Below, piece after piece: positions 40,901 through 55,366 of a stretch of 64,000 bases of DNA; positions within the stretch are counted from its first letter, which is position 1, and each line of letters opens with the position of its first letter. The notes beneath the pieces are model-generated. The model had not been told where the DNA came from and searched no databases. It worked only from the letters and a program-made list of their open reading frames with translations. Both the position numbers and the translations under genes were made by a program. Origin of the DNA: Octopus vulgaris (taxonomy: Eukaryota); assembly GCA_951406725.2 (NCBI GenBank), contig OX597823.1, positions 80,352,001-80,416,000 on the forward strand, in the 5' to 3' direction.

Positions 40901-43900
40901 ATTATTCATGACTTTGGACGTTATTGAAGATAGCGGGTAATAACAATGAATATAGTAAAGATGATGCTTATGATGATCCTTATCATTACGATGATGATCA
41001 TGTTCATCATGGTGATTATGTTACTATTGGTAAGTCATACCTCTCGTGTTACATTATTCACTTCATCTTTGCAACTGCACATGAGTTCTTTAATTGGACC
41101 GCCAGGACCTATAGCAAAGCCTGGTGCTAAATCACAACCTGTAAATAAATAAAATAGCAATGGAATTATTACTTTTTTCTGTTTATGGATTCTGCCTGAA
41201 ATGTCTAGTTTCTCTTCTTCCTCACACCAAACAGAATTATTCCCTTTCGGCACTTTTACTTTTTAATATTTGCCAACAGGAACCATCGCTAGTTTCCTCA
41301 AATTCCATTGCTTTACTTTTTCAATAGAAACATTGATTACTTTTGATAAGGCACAAGGCTAATTATTTTAAATCTCATGCTGGGTTTTGGGAGATTGGTC
41401 AATCCTAACATTCTTGTAGCAATTGAGTTCATGGCTCGTGGGACGGCTTACTGTGCTAACCTTGAATCGTAGCATGACCCGCTGTTCTTGAGAAGACCTA
41501 TTGAGTCAAGTACGTTAATACCAACATCAAATGAAAATTGAATGGAAATAGTAGTTAAGACAGCCGTGCCGGTGACACGTTAAAAGAAAAGCACCATCCG
41601 AACATGGCAGATGTCAGCGCCGCCTGACTGGCGTCTGTGTCGGTGACACGTAAAAGCACCAACTGATTGTGGCCGTTTGCCAGTCTCCTCTGGCCTCTAT
41701 GCCAATAGCACGTAAAAAGCACCCATTACACTAAGGAGTGGTTGGCGTTAGGAAGGGCATCCAGCTGTGGAAACACTGCCAGATCAGACTGGTGCTTGGT
41801 GCAGCCTCCTGGCTTCCCAGACCCCGGTCAAACCCATGCTAGCATGGAAAACGGACGTTAAACAATGATGATTTGGGGCTTTTGGGAGTTTAAAATATCA
41901 TGTCAGGTGAGATGTAAAACTAAGTATCTATAAAGCAACAGGTTCAGTGTTTCAACATAATGATTTCCTGCATTGGGACCAAATCATAAATGAACACAGC
42001 AAAGGTAGAAATATATCAACTTAATGCCAGAATATAACTAATAGTTATTTTATAAAACCCAGAGGAATGAATGGCATAGCTGATACCCAGCAATATTTAA
42101 CTCAAAATGTAGAAAGATGAAACTAAATTATTAATGATATATATAGTCCAGTTCTCTATGTTTTCTGATACTTAAATGCTCTCTTACATATTACCTCATG
42201 AACTAAATTTTACCTCATTAACTAAATTTTATAAAACAGTTATTAATACTGAAAATGTATTCATGTTGGAGCACTGTTTTTAATATTTTCGAGACCTCTG
42301 GAGATATGCTGTGACAGCAAAGATCCAACAAATAACGTGAGTTCATGGCTGTTTCCTTCACCAGCTTCACATAGCATCCCCAGCCCATCCAAAGTACCTT
42401 GGATCATAGGGCGACTTGCTGTGCTTGAGATCTATTGAGTCAAGTACATCAACATCAAAACAAAAATCAAATGGAAATTGTAGTTGTGATACCCATGCCA
42501 GTGGCACATAAAAAACGCCATCTGAACATGGCCAATGCCAGCACCGCCTTGACTGGTTTCCATGCTGGTGGCATGTAAAAAGCATCAACCGATCATGGCC
42601 GTTTCCAGCCTCTCCTGGCACATAAAAAGCACCCACTACACTCACAGAGTGGTTGGCGTTAGGAAGGGCTTCCAGCTGTAGAAACACTGCCAGATCAGAC
42701 TGGAACCTGGTGCAGCCTCCTGGCTTCCCAGATCCTGGCCAAACCGTCCAACCCATACTAGCATAGAAAACGGACGTTAAATGATGATGATGACTCAAAT
42801 AAATCAACCCTAGTGATTTGTTTATTTTTTTACATTTATTTCATAACACAATCTTTCAAAAGTGACATTGGTTACAAGTTTACAATCGGGTAATCTCTTC
42901 ACTGGTTCACAGCATTTTTGATGAAGAAAGTGACAAAAAGATGTCTATAACTCAGTACAGAACAAATATCACAAGTGTCTTCATTCAAAAGCCTCCAGTA
43001 TGAGAAGTTTCTCATTGAGGTTTCTACACAGTTTTTATCAACCAAATAACCATTACAAGACACTAGTCAATATGAGACCCCATACCTAGGTATTGCTACT
43101 CATTTTATAGTCCTCAGATATAAAAGACGAAAAAAGACTATTGCCAAAAGCATATGCTTTAATAAAATATTACTTCATTTAACCATAGTTATAGAAATAA
43201 TGAGAACCACTTGGGACTCAAATCTGCTTTTGATAAGCATGCTTAACTGTTTAGCATTCAGATTTCTTTGTCAAATGTAATGTTTATTTATTCGCACTAT
43301 TTTGATTTACTGATGCATTATCTGGTAGTTTTGAGATTTTGATGATGCTTTTTATGTATATGCCCTTTTCAAGCATAGCCAGGCTCATGGGTCTGGTTTC
43401 CTGGTTTCTATGGCGTATGTGTTCCCCCCAGCTGGACAGGATGCCAGTCCATCGTAGCATTACCCAAGAAACAGGAAGAAAGACTGGGAGGAAGTTGGGG
43501 TGAAAGAGTACAACAGGGGTCGCCACCACCCTCTGCCAGAGCCTCGTAGAGCTTTAGGTGTTTTTGCTCAATAAACACACACAACGTCCGGTCTGGAAAT
43601 CAAAACTGCGATCCTCCAACCGCGAGTCTGCTGCCCTAACCACTGGGCCATTGCGCCTCCACAATGATGATGTGGTTCTTCATTTTTAGAATGACATGTA
43701 AACACCAGCAGGATTGGAAAACGAAGAGGAAAATCTACCAGAGTTTCACTGTTTAAGTCTAAGTTTAGAACAGTAGCTAACAAACAAAAACTTGCATAAC
43801 TAAACAGCCATAGAACAGTAACTTAAATAGTTACTTTGTTCAGTTTGTCTGACACAAAAGACAGTTTACTGGTAGATTAACTGGTACTTAAGTAAGTTAC

Positions 43901-45855
43901 CAACAATAAACCATTCAACTATCAGTAATAAAAATAAAGTAATTATTTCAATAACTTTACATTTCAAGGTATAATTCATTTTAATATCCCTAGTTGAAAA
44001 ACGGCAGTGAGCTGGCAGAATTGTTCGCATGCTGGGCAAAATGAATAGCAGTATTTCATCCATCTTTACATTCTGAGTTTGAATTCCATCAAGGTAGACT
44101 TAGCCTTTTATCCTTTCAAGGTTGATAAAATAAGCACCTGTAGAGCACTGGGTCAATGTAAGCAACTACCCTTCCCCCTAAAATTTCAGACCTTGTGTTT
44201 ATAGTCAAAAGAAATGTTCCTAGTTGAAGAGAGGTGACAAGCTGGCAGAATCATTACCATTCCAGAAAAATTGCTTAGCAGCATTTCTTCTGATTTTATG
44301 TCCTAAGTTCAGATGCCACCAGGGTTGATTTTGCCTTTCACCCTTTTGGGATTGATAAAATAAGTACCAGCTGAACACTGGGTCAATCTTATTTCTTTAT
44401 TTATATTTCTTTATTGCTCACAAGGGGCTAAACATACAGGGGACAAACAAGGACAGACAAATGGAGTAAGTCGATTATATCGACCCCAGTGCGTAACTGG
44501 TACTTATTTATCGACCCCTAAAGGATGAAAGGCAAAGTCGACCTCGGTGGAATTTGAACTCCGAACATAATGGCAGACAAAATACCTATTTCTTTTACTA
44601 CCCACAAGGGGCTAAACACAGAGAGGACAAACAAGGACAGACAAATGGATTAAGTCGATTATATCGACCCCAGTGCGTAGCTGGTACTTATTTAATCGAC
44701 CCCGAAAGGATGAAAGGCAAAGTTGATCTCGGTGGAATTTGAACTCAGAGTGTAACGGTAGACGAAATATCGCTAAGCATTTCACCCGGTGTGCTAACGG
44801 TTCTGCCAGCTTGCCGCCTTCCACTGGAGTCAATCTAACGAACTTACCCCCTCCCCTGGACTTGCTGCCCTTGTACTAAAACTTTAAACCAATATTTCTA
44901 GTCAAAAAATATTTTTCATCAAAAGATGATGCAACATTTATATCAAAATAAGCTCTGATGAGAGAAATATTTCAATGACAAAATTTTAAAACAACACCAA
45001 CCTTCAACACAAGGATAAGTTTCATTTTTGTTACATCCATCTGGTGGTGCTACTGAATGACAGAAATTTTCACATTTCTTCTTACAAGGAGTTTTGATGT
45101 AAGGATATTTGCACTCTGCAAAAAGACATAAGACAATGATAATTATATTAATTATGTCAACATTTATATTTTTATACAAAGCAAATATATTTTGGAAATC
45201 AGATGCATTAACTCTTTAGCATTCAGATTATTCTGTCAAATGTATGATTGATTGATTGATTGATTCTAGTTTCAGCTCATGAGCTGTGGCCATGCTGGGG
45301 CACCACCATTTGAAAATATAGCTATACCTAAGCAGAACAATTTCCCATGCCAGGAATCGAACCTGGGACCGCCTGGGTGAAAGCCAGGGATCTTAACCAC
45401 TAGACCACATGGGACTATTGCTTATATATTCACATTATTTTGATTTAATCAAGCATGATATTGTAGTTTGCAGATTTCTATGATGTGAGTGTTCATTTTT
45501 ACAGTGAAATTGTAGGGTAAGAGTGAGATCTGGTCAGCTTGAGTATAAAACAGATAGAAAATTTGGACCAGATATGGCCAGTTTAAATGCTAAAAGGTTA
45601 ATGTCAAATATTTTTGTTGGTTGATTTTATCAAACCTCTTTTTAAAGTTATGTTATTTAGCAATGTTGCACGCATAGGCATAGAAGTGGCTGCATGGTAA
45701 GTAGCTTGCTTACCAACCACATGGTTCTGGATTCAGTCCCACTGCATGGCACCTTGGGCAAGTGTCTTCTACTATAGCCTCGAGCTGACCAAAGCATTGT
45801 GAGTGGATTTAGTAGATGGAAACTGAAAGAAGCCCGTCGTATATATGTATGTATG

Positions 45856-45894
<39 letters not shown>

Positions 45895-48800
45895 GTGTGT
45901 GTGTGTGTGTGTGTGTGTATGTTTGTGTGTCTGTGTTTGTCACCCCAACATCGCTTGACAACCGATGCTGGTGTGTTTATGTCCCTGTAACTTAGCAGTT
46001 CAGCAAAAGAGACCGATAGAATAAGTACTAGGCTTATAAAGAATAAGTCCTGGGGTCAATTTGCTCAACTAAGGGCGGTGCTCCAGCATGGCCACAGTCA
46101 CATGACTGAAACAAGTAAAAGAGAGTAAAAGAGTAAAGAGTATGTATGTCTGTAGGTACTCTCTCTCTCTCTTTATTCTTTTACTTGTTTCAGTCATTTG
46201 ACTGCGGCCATGCTGGAGCACCGCCTTTAGTCGAGCAAATCGACCCCAGGACTTATTCTTTGTAAGCCCAGTACTTATTCTATCGGTCTCTTTTGCCGAA
46301 CCGCTAAGTGACAGGGACATAAACACACCAGCATCGGTTGTCAAGCAATACTAGGGGGACAAACACAGACACACAAACATATACACACACTTATATATAT
46401 ATACATATATACGACAGGCTTCTTTCAGTTTCCGTCTACCAAATCCACTCACAAGGCATTGGTCGGCCCGGGGCTATAGCAGAAGACACTTGCCCAAGAT
46501 GCCATGCAGTGGGACTGAACCCGGAACCATGTGGTTGGTTAGCAAGCTACTTACCACACAGCCACTCCTGCGCCTACGTTTATATTAGAGTGCAAATGTG
46601 TAAAATTTGTAAAATTGGAAATGAAATTTAGTTAGAAAGAATAATAATAATAATCATAGCAGAAAGAGACCCTGTGATAAAGAGACCTTTTTACAGCAGG
46701 CTGCTATCTGCTCTCACTGAATCTACCTGTGCAAACAAAATCAAGTGCTCTGAGAAGTAAAACAATAATAATAATAGTAATTACCTACCTATAGTAGTTG
46801 GTGGAGTTGTAGACCCAAATGGTGTTGTTAAAGAAAATCCAGTGCCAGTCTGATAAGATGAGAAACTTGTAATTGTTGGCAGAGTTGTGTACAGAGTTGT
46901 TGGTGCCACTGTCGTAGATGCTAAGCAATAAAGGAAGATTATATTAATAAGATGATTATTTAAATGACTGGATGATATTCACATCGCAAAATGAATAAAG
47001 GGTAAAGACCCCCTTCATTCATGAATGACCATGGGATTGCACCTATAAAGTTACCCTCCAAATTACAAGTCCGAGCAAGGTTGTTTATGGAAGACCAGCA
47101 GTCAACCACGCATACCAGCTTCCCCTCTTCACATAACCGATGTTATCCAAGGCAAAGGCAAAGGCAGATACAGCTTGGCACCAGTGGAGTTGCAACTCAT
47201 TTCTACGGCTGAGGAACAAGAGCAATGTAAAAGAAAGTGTCCTGCTCAATAACACAACACACATTCTAGTTCAGGGATTGAACTCACTACCTCATGATTG
47301 TGAGCCCAACACTCTAGCCACTGAGCCATGCTCCTTCAACACCTGTAATTATAACTACATATTCATAAGTATGGATGGATGCAAATAAGAATGCACATAA
47401 GTATGCATGTGTGAGTGTGCAGGTGTGTGTGTGTGTAATATTTATACTTATGACTATGTAAATGCTTATATCATGTCTTTCATTTACTTATATATCTATT
47501 TCATATGTTAGCTTGACCATATGATCAAACTCATGTCCAATATCGTAGGTAACAGCTCTATGAGGGTCACAAGTAAATACAATAAATATAAATATTATGC
47601 ATATCTGTACCACATGTATCACTCTTGAATTATCTTTTCTCCTCTCACTATTCCCTATCTTAATACCCATGCCAATTCCCTCTCTAATACACTTAGCTCT
47701 CTGTGACATTCAATCATTCCATCTTTGTTAAACATATTGTCGAAAATATGTCATCTTGAATTTGAACGCGATTTCCCAAAATGGCATGATTTTATCAATT
47801 TTTTCTGATGGTAAGGTATTGCATGGAAAACTAACATCAGAATTAAGTTCCTTAGGGTAACATTAAGCTTCACCATGAGTTTGGTGAAAATCGATTGCAA
47901 GTTTCAAAAACTACAATGGAAAATGTGTTGCACATGATAAGCTTAGATTCTTGACCCCATGTCGAATTTATCGATTTTTTCATAACTGGGGGAACTTTTC
48001 AAAATTTTCGCTGTGTTAGTTTTGAATTATGACATTGGGCTATGTGTGTCAAGTTTCATCAGAATCGGTTGAAAGCGGTGGTCAGGGTGAGGGTACAACC
48101 TGACAGACACACAGACAGACAAACTGCCTTTTATATATATAGAGATAGAGATATTCATAAGTATGGATGGATGCAAATAAGAATGCACATAAGTATGCAT
48201 GGGTGAATGTGCAGGTGTGTGTGTGTAATATTTATACTTATGACTATGTAAATGCTTATATTATGTCTTTCATTTACTTATATATCTATTTCATATGTTA
48301 GCTTGAACATATGATCAAAAGCTCGCCAACATAAGGTAACAGCTCTCAGGTCACAAGTGAATACAATAAATATAAATATTATGCATATCTGCAACATGTA
48401 TCACTCTTGAATTATCTTTTCTCCTCTCACTATTCCCTATCTTAATACCCATGCCAATTCCCTCTCTAATACACTTAGCTCTCCACATTCAATCATTCCA
48501 TCTTTGAACTTTTCTCCAATAACATCTCAAATGTAAGATCTCTTCCCTGAAGACAGAGGCTCATCTCATCCTATGATGGAATCAATCTACAAACATTATC
48601 ATGGACTATCTGAACAGTTCATACACTAAATGATCTAAACACTAACTTTTCAACATCTATCCTATCTTGTGTCAGCTTGCTGAAGATATTTGTAAGATTC
48701 TATTGTATCTTTTGTGCAGTCATTATTTGCACTGCATGCACAGTTTTGAGTACCTGCACGTAGTTTTCTTGTAGAATTAGCAAGAACCAATCCAATGGAA

Positions 48801-51800
48801 GCAAAATATGGATGTAAAATATTTTCTCATCTCATGACTAGCTAACATCATATTTTTTTCCATTGTAATTTATGATTTATATTTTTGCAATATTTGAGGC
48901 TTGGAAAACTGAAGTATTTTGATAATGATCAAAGTTTTCATCAATCAATTATCAATGTTTCAGTCTTGAATGAAATTCCTGACAGACTGGAAGTAATGTG
49001 CTCAATTCTAACAGAACATATCTTAATGAAATAATATAATTTTATTAATGTATAAAACTTACTGCAGTTGATTTCATCAAGATCATAAAGACATTCTCTG
49101 TTTCCATCACAGATAGTAGCACAGAATCCGTCACAGAACATTTTGTCATCACCAACACAAAGCTCTGAAAATAGATATTAATCATGAAAATTTTAAATAT
49201 GAAGAAATTCTCATAATTGAACTGGTTTTGTTGTTGTTGTTGTTTGGTTAGAACATCTGTGATAGAAGGTCAATGGTCAATTTATTTTATATGTTGGGCA
49301 GGAGAGGAGATTCAATGATTCCAATGTTTATAGATCTTCATTAGCTGGAGAGACAGGTGTAGCTGATGTCTGGACTAAACATCTGTAGTAAAAATGGGGA
49401 TGGGGCAAGAATCAAGGATCTGGTCTGTATGGTTTGCAGTTTGAACTCTACTTTGGCACACAAGCACCAAAGTGGTATTAAACTTAGTAGTGTGTGAGGC
49501 CTAACATCTACCTTTTGATAAAACTTTGAAGTATGAGGAAAGGTGAGTGAGGTTAACAATGTGAAATGCCTATGTGTTCACTATAGCATGTTAGTGGATA
49601 AAGAAAAAAAGTCAGGATGTAGGGAGTTATAGCAGAAGGCTGTCCCGAAGAATGGTAGGGTAGGGTATATTACACAGATATGGGATGAGAAACAAGACAG
49701 AATTTAGGGGAAAATTTAAAGGCAGCGAGCTGGCAGAAACATGAGCACGCCGGGCGAAATGCTTAGCAGTATTTCATCTGCCGCAACGTTCTGAGTTCAA
49801 ATTCCGCCGAGGTCGACTTAACCTTTCATCCTTTCGGGGTCGATTAAATAAGTACCAGTTACACACTGGGGTCGATATAATCGACTTAATCCCTTTGTCT
49901 GTCCTTGTTTGTCTCCTCTGTGTTTAGCCCCTTGTGGGCAATATAGAAATAAGAATTTAGGAAAATAGAAAAGATACATAAGCTTGGTTTAAATAGAAGA
50001 TGGTAAGCAGTTGTCATGTTATGGAAAGCAGAAAACATTGTAGTACAAACGAAGAGAAAGAGTACAATGTGTAGCTTTATAGTGAAACAGTTCTTGTAAA
50101 ATATTGGTCTGAGTTTGGCCACTTAATTTGAAGATTTTAAGAATGGATTTTCGTTACATATAGATAACACCTGTATATCTTATGATCTTCGTGTCTATAA
50201 TGTAATCTTCTGGTAGATGACATGTACAACGTAATAAATGACATACAACAGACAGTCTGGTGATAATTTTCTCTTTCACAAAGAAAGCTAGTGCTGGTTT
50301 AATGAAGCAAATTATGTTTATTGTTTATTCCTCACTGATGGCAGAAAGGAGGGAATTCAACTCTAAAAATGCTGATAATACGATAATAAAATCTATGAAA
50401 ATGACAGCAAATTCAATGGAAAGGCGTTACCAAAGTGATAGGCTGTAAAAAAGTATTAAATAGATAAAAGAAGAAAACATAGCAAAGAAGAAGAAAAAAC
50501 AAATATCCATTTTGTCTTTAAATTCTATAAAATAATTAAGTCTATAATTAAAACAATTGATGATGATAATCATCATCCTTACCAATCCCCACCACTATCA
50601 TCATCATTATCAGCAGCAGTGACATTTTACATCTGCTTTTCAGTGCTTGCCTGAGTTATTTCAACACAGGATCCATCTTACCACTGTTCTTCATCATCTC
50701 TTTTGTAAGGCTTACCAACTTGAGATCAATCTTGACTATTTCTGCTTATGTTCTTCATAGTTCTTCCTCTCCTATACATCTCTTCTACATACATCATTTG
50801 ACATTTTTTCACAAAGTCATTATTCTTTATCTTCAAAACATATCCACACTATCACACTCTTCTCTTTTGTACACCACAGCTAAATTTTTTGATACCCAGT
50901 TCTCTCAATTCACTTGTGAGCTATCATTTATACACACTGATATTCTACATTCAGTAGATTATGTTTTCCCTATTTCTTTCCAGTCTTCAGGCATCTCTAT
51001 TCAGTGCCCATGATGCTTTACCATGCAGTATAGCACTTCATACTGAAGCATCATACAAGCTGTCCTTTGCTCAAGGGGTGAAGCTTCTTGATGTGAACAA
51101 CAGCAACAGCCCCCAAAATTGTTCCCTCCCTCCCAATCTTTACTTGAGTTATTATACTTTCACCCATGCTCCACCAACTTTCTCAGCACAGCTGATATGG
51201 TAACCAAGGTGATGGAAATTATCATGTATTCTAAAGAAATTTCTGAACAATTAAGCATGGTTGTTGAATCAGTACTTCTCTGTGACTCTTCAACATGGAC
51301 ACTGAACAAGAGACTTGAAAAGAAAGTTGGCAGTACCAACACAAGAAAGCTCTGTGAAGTTCTCAATCTTTCTTGGCAGAAAGACTGCTATATAGACACA
51401 ACAAAGCAGAAACTGCATGGCAGTCTTCCTACAATCACCTAAGTTTTCAAAACAAAAACATGTTAATCAAGAGACTGCTGGAAAAGCAAGGATGAAATAT
51501 CCAGTGATCTCCTCTAGAAACCCACAGATCAACATACAGGTATCAACAGACCAAGAACATATATCAATCAACTCATGGAAGATGCTGGATATCAAGTTGA
51601 GGGTATGAAGACTACTATGGAAGACTGAGACATGTGGTGAGGAAGAGTTGCATTGGTTCAGGCAAATCACCTGACCAGATAGCTATAGACAGTTCTTGGG
51701 TGATTTAACAGATAATTACTCTTGCGCATATCTTTTAACATGAAACCCTTCTTTTCAGTCATCATGCCTGAGATTCCACAAGACATTTTATGTACCCATT

Positions 51801-54800
51801 GTTTGTATTTTTGAAAAGTGGAACAAGAAAAGACTTAATAAAAATAGGATGCTATGAAGGAAAACAAAACCAACAGAAAAACAGCACCAGGACAAGACTA
51901 GCATACAACAGCTTCAAGAGCAGTCGCTTCAATCAGGGTGCCTACAGTCACAGCAGATGGTGTTCCCACCAATGAGACTGTAGCAAGACTTTCCAGGCTT
52001 AGCACTATAGTCTCATAAAATAAAGGGATGCCGCCAGTGTTCATAGTTGATAAAAAGAGTAGAGTTCTTAATTTTACTTCCTATCTATGACACATGGCCA
52101 ATTCCCAATTGGTAGTAATGTCTTTATTGCTGACTAATATTTTTCTCTTTGCTAAATTGATTTTTAAGGCCTCTCAATTTCACACCAAGCTTCTTTATTT
52201 TCTTCTGAGTTTTTGGCTGCAAGAAATAGATTATCAACATACAATCATTCACTTGAACAGCCAGGCTTGAACTTCTCTGTTTTGCCTTGGAGAATTATTG
52301 CAAACATAAAGAGGCTGTGAAATGAGTCTTGACAAACACTTATCTGTGTGCTAAATTCATCATGACCTCATAGCTAACTCATACTTTTCAGACAGTGTCC
52401 ACTCACATGGCTTGCACAGCTTTCAAAAACTACACAATGAAATAATGAAACAGGTAACACACATCAGTCCAATGATTGCTTTCTCTTTCACAAAGACCAG
52501 TTACTGCACCTATACACAGTGACTTTTTATTTTGCTTATAGTAAGTTGTCTAAACAATGCTTGTATTTCATTTCACAGGCGCTCCTGTACCTATCCATAC
52601 CCTACTATAATTCATATAAACAAATACTACTTACCTGTAGTAGTAGATGGGAACTGTGTTGTGGTATCACACCCAGGTCCCTCTTGACATCTAAATGCTC
52701 CTTCAAAGCAGGTACTGTTTACAGAGAGATGTAAAGATTGCATTATATTATTGTTAGCATTTAAGGTGGTCCTACCCAACCTGAATATTCTACCTGTTTT
52801 ACATTTAAACTGACCAGATCCTACCTCACACATTTACTTTACATCATTCTGAAGATATGCAATTGCATCATCAAAGTTTCAAAGCTACAAGATAATGCAT
52901 GATTAATTCTAAACAATGTGACTAAATAAGTATTATATTTGACAGTAATTTGAAAGCTGAAAGTTAAAGTCTAAATATATATATTTTGCATAAACATGAT
53001 GCCAGAAGTTATAGAGGAGGCATACAGATGATTTGATAGACATTGATCATTGCCAGAGCAACAAGCTGGCCTCCATGCCGATGGCACATAAAAAGCACCA
53101 TTTGAACGTGATCGTTACCTACGTTGCCTTACTGGCACTTGTACTGGTGGCACATGAAAAAACATTCGAGTGAGGTCTTTGCCAGTGCCACTGGACTGGC
53201 TCCTGTGCAGGTGGCACATAAAAAGCACCATTTGAGCATGGCCGCTGCCAGTACCGCCTGACTGGCCCTCATACCAGTGGCACGTAAAAGCACCCACTAC
53301 ACTCTCGGAGTTGTTGGCATTAGGAAGGCCATCCAGCTGTAGAAACTCTGCCTGATCAGATTGGAGTCTGGTGCAGCCATCTAGTTTGCCAGACCTCAGT
53401 CAAATCGTCCAACCCATGCTAGCATGGAAAGCGGACGTTAAACAATGATGATGATGATTATAATAGTCTGATGAAGGCATACAGCTTAGTGGTTAGGGTC
53501 TTTTAAGCTCATGATCATGAGGTGTGAGGTCAATAGCCAGTGGTATATTGTGTCCTTGAGCAAGACACTTTATTTCACATTGCACTGGTCAACTCAGCTG
53601 AAGTTATATCAGTAAATCAAAGAGCCAGCCTTATCAGATTCTGTGTCATGTTGAATGTCCTTGAGAACTACACACAAAAATGCATACGTACCATTTCCTG
53701 CAGTTCATCATAACCACTGTACCAGGTTTATAAGTCTTTCCAGTTGATGGATCAGTACAGAAACATTCGCTAATTGGAACGCAATCACCTGAAACAAAGA
53801 AAGTAAAAAATTTGATTTAGATGATAAAAAATTGGTAACTAATAAGCAGTTCAGTCAAAAAATATTATATCAATGAAATTGATAATTAAAAACTCAGAGA
53901 GAATGAGAGTGTGTGTATCTGTGTGCACATGCACATGCATGAGTGTTTGTGTTTGTGTGTGAGTGTGTTTGAGTGAGTGCTTACTGGCCATGTGTCAAGT
54001 TTTTGGTTCATGTGAAAAGGTTCTGTTATTATTTATATTGCTGACCTCTGATGGTCACACACAATACTAAATCAGGAGAAGCTAACTGTGAGGGCCAACA
54101 ATCTTATTTGTTCCCATAGGCACATGCATGGTTGTGTGACCAAAAAGTTTGTTTTGAAAGCTCGTGGTTTTGAATTCAGTTCTACTCACCTAACAGTGCA
54201 ATTAGTGAGATTTTGATTAAATTTCATTGTTATTTTCATTATTATTAAATCATTAACATGGTTATTTAAGAATATGTTATTTTCAATAGATAGTATATAT
54301 ACAAAAATGGTTAACAAAATATTTAGGTCATACCGTCTTGTTCATAAGTGCCATTTGGACAGAAACAACCTTCAACTTCTCCAGTAGTACAAATAAAATC
54401 TTTTTTCCCAAAGTCTACACATGTTTTGGGACAGGAGGAGTGACATGGGAAATATTCCCGACCGGTGGGGCACTGAATTCCTAAAGAAAGAAATGAAGAG
54501 AAAAATACCATTTATTGTCTTCAACATACATCATTAAAAGTTTGATATAACATTGTAATAGGAAGGAAATATCTAGAAGAAAAATAAAGGATCCAGAAAA
54601 ATGTAGATTGCCTATAGTAATAATGATAGTAATAAAAGCCATCTTTGATTGAATGTATGATCAAAAGCAAATGCATTCTAGCTATGTATTTTCCTTATGT
54701 GTAAGGAACCAAGGACCACATTATCCAATGTACCTTTTTTGTAATATTATATGTTATGATTGATCAGAAGTCTTGACAGATTGAACGACTTGCTGCTATG

Positions 54801-55335
54801 TTTAGCAGGTCAAATAACCATGAAGAGGTTTCTTGTTTAAGATAGTAAGTTCCTTCAATATATATACAGAAGGATTACATATTTTCAGTAGAGTACATAT
54901 TTATTTAAACTTTACAACGAAAAGGTTGACAAAGTCTTAAAAGTTTTGGCTTGCATATGCAATATTTACAGTCTCATGAAGGCAAGCAAAACAAAACTTG
55001 GAAATCACTGTCAACATTTTCCTGATAAAAGTTTAAGAATATATGTTGGCAAAAAACTATCTGCCTCAATATTACGTTTAGTTGAAAGGACTGGTCTTGA
55101 GTGTATCTTGTTGACCTCATTAATGGTGGTACCATGATAAAAGTACCTAGTACACACTGTAGTGGTTGGCATTAGGAACATTATCAAGCCTTACAAACTA
55201 TGCCAAAGCAGACACTAGAGCTTGATGCGGTCCTCAGGCTTCCCATCTTATGAACTGTCCAACCATTCCATAAATAATGATGATGATGCTATATGTATGT
55301 ATAATTACACACACACAAACACACACTTAAAATGT

Positions 55336-55366
<31 letters not shown>

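Noticed and set aside
46070-46125. Hairpin plus GAAAC in the SINE A tail as a hammerhead
   Set aside because: No CUGANGA before the hairpin and no helix I; better explained as a LINE recognition stem-loop
53045-53300. Repeat-spacer appearance suggestive of a CRISPR array
   Set aside because: Eukaryotic intron, units are degenerate parts of a dispersed retroposon, no cas genes
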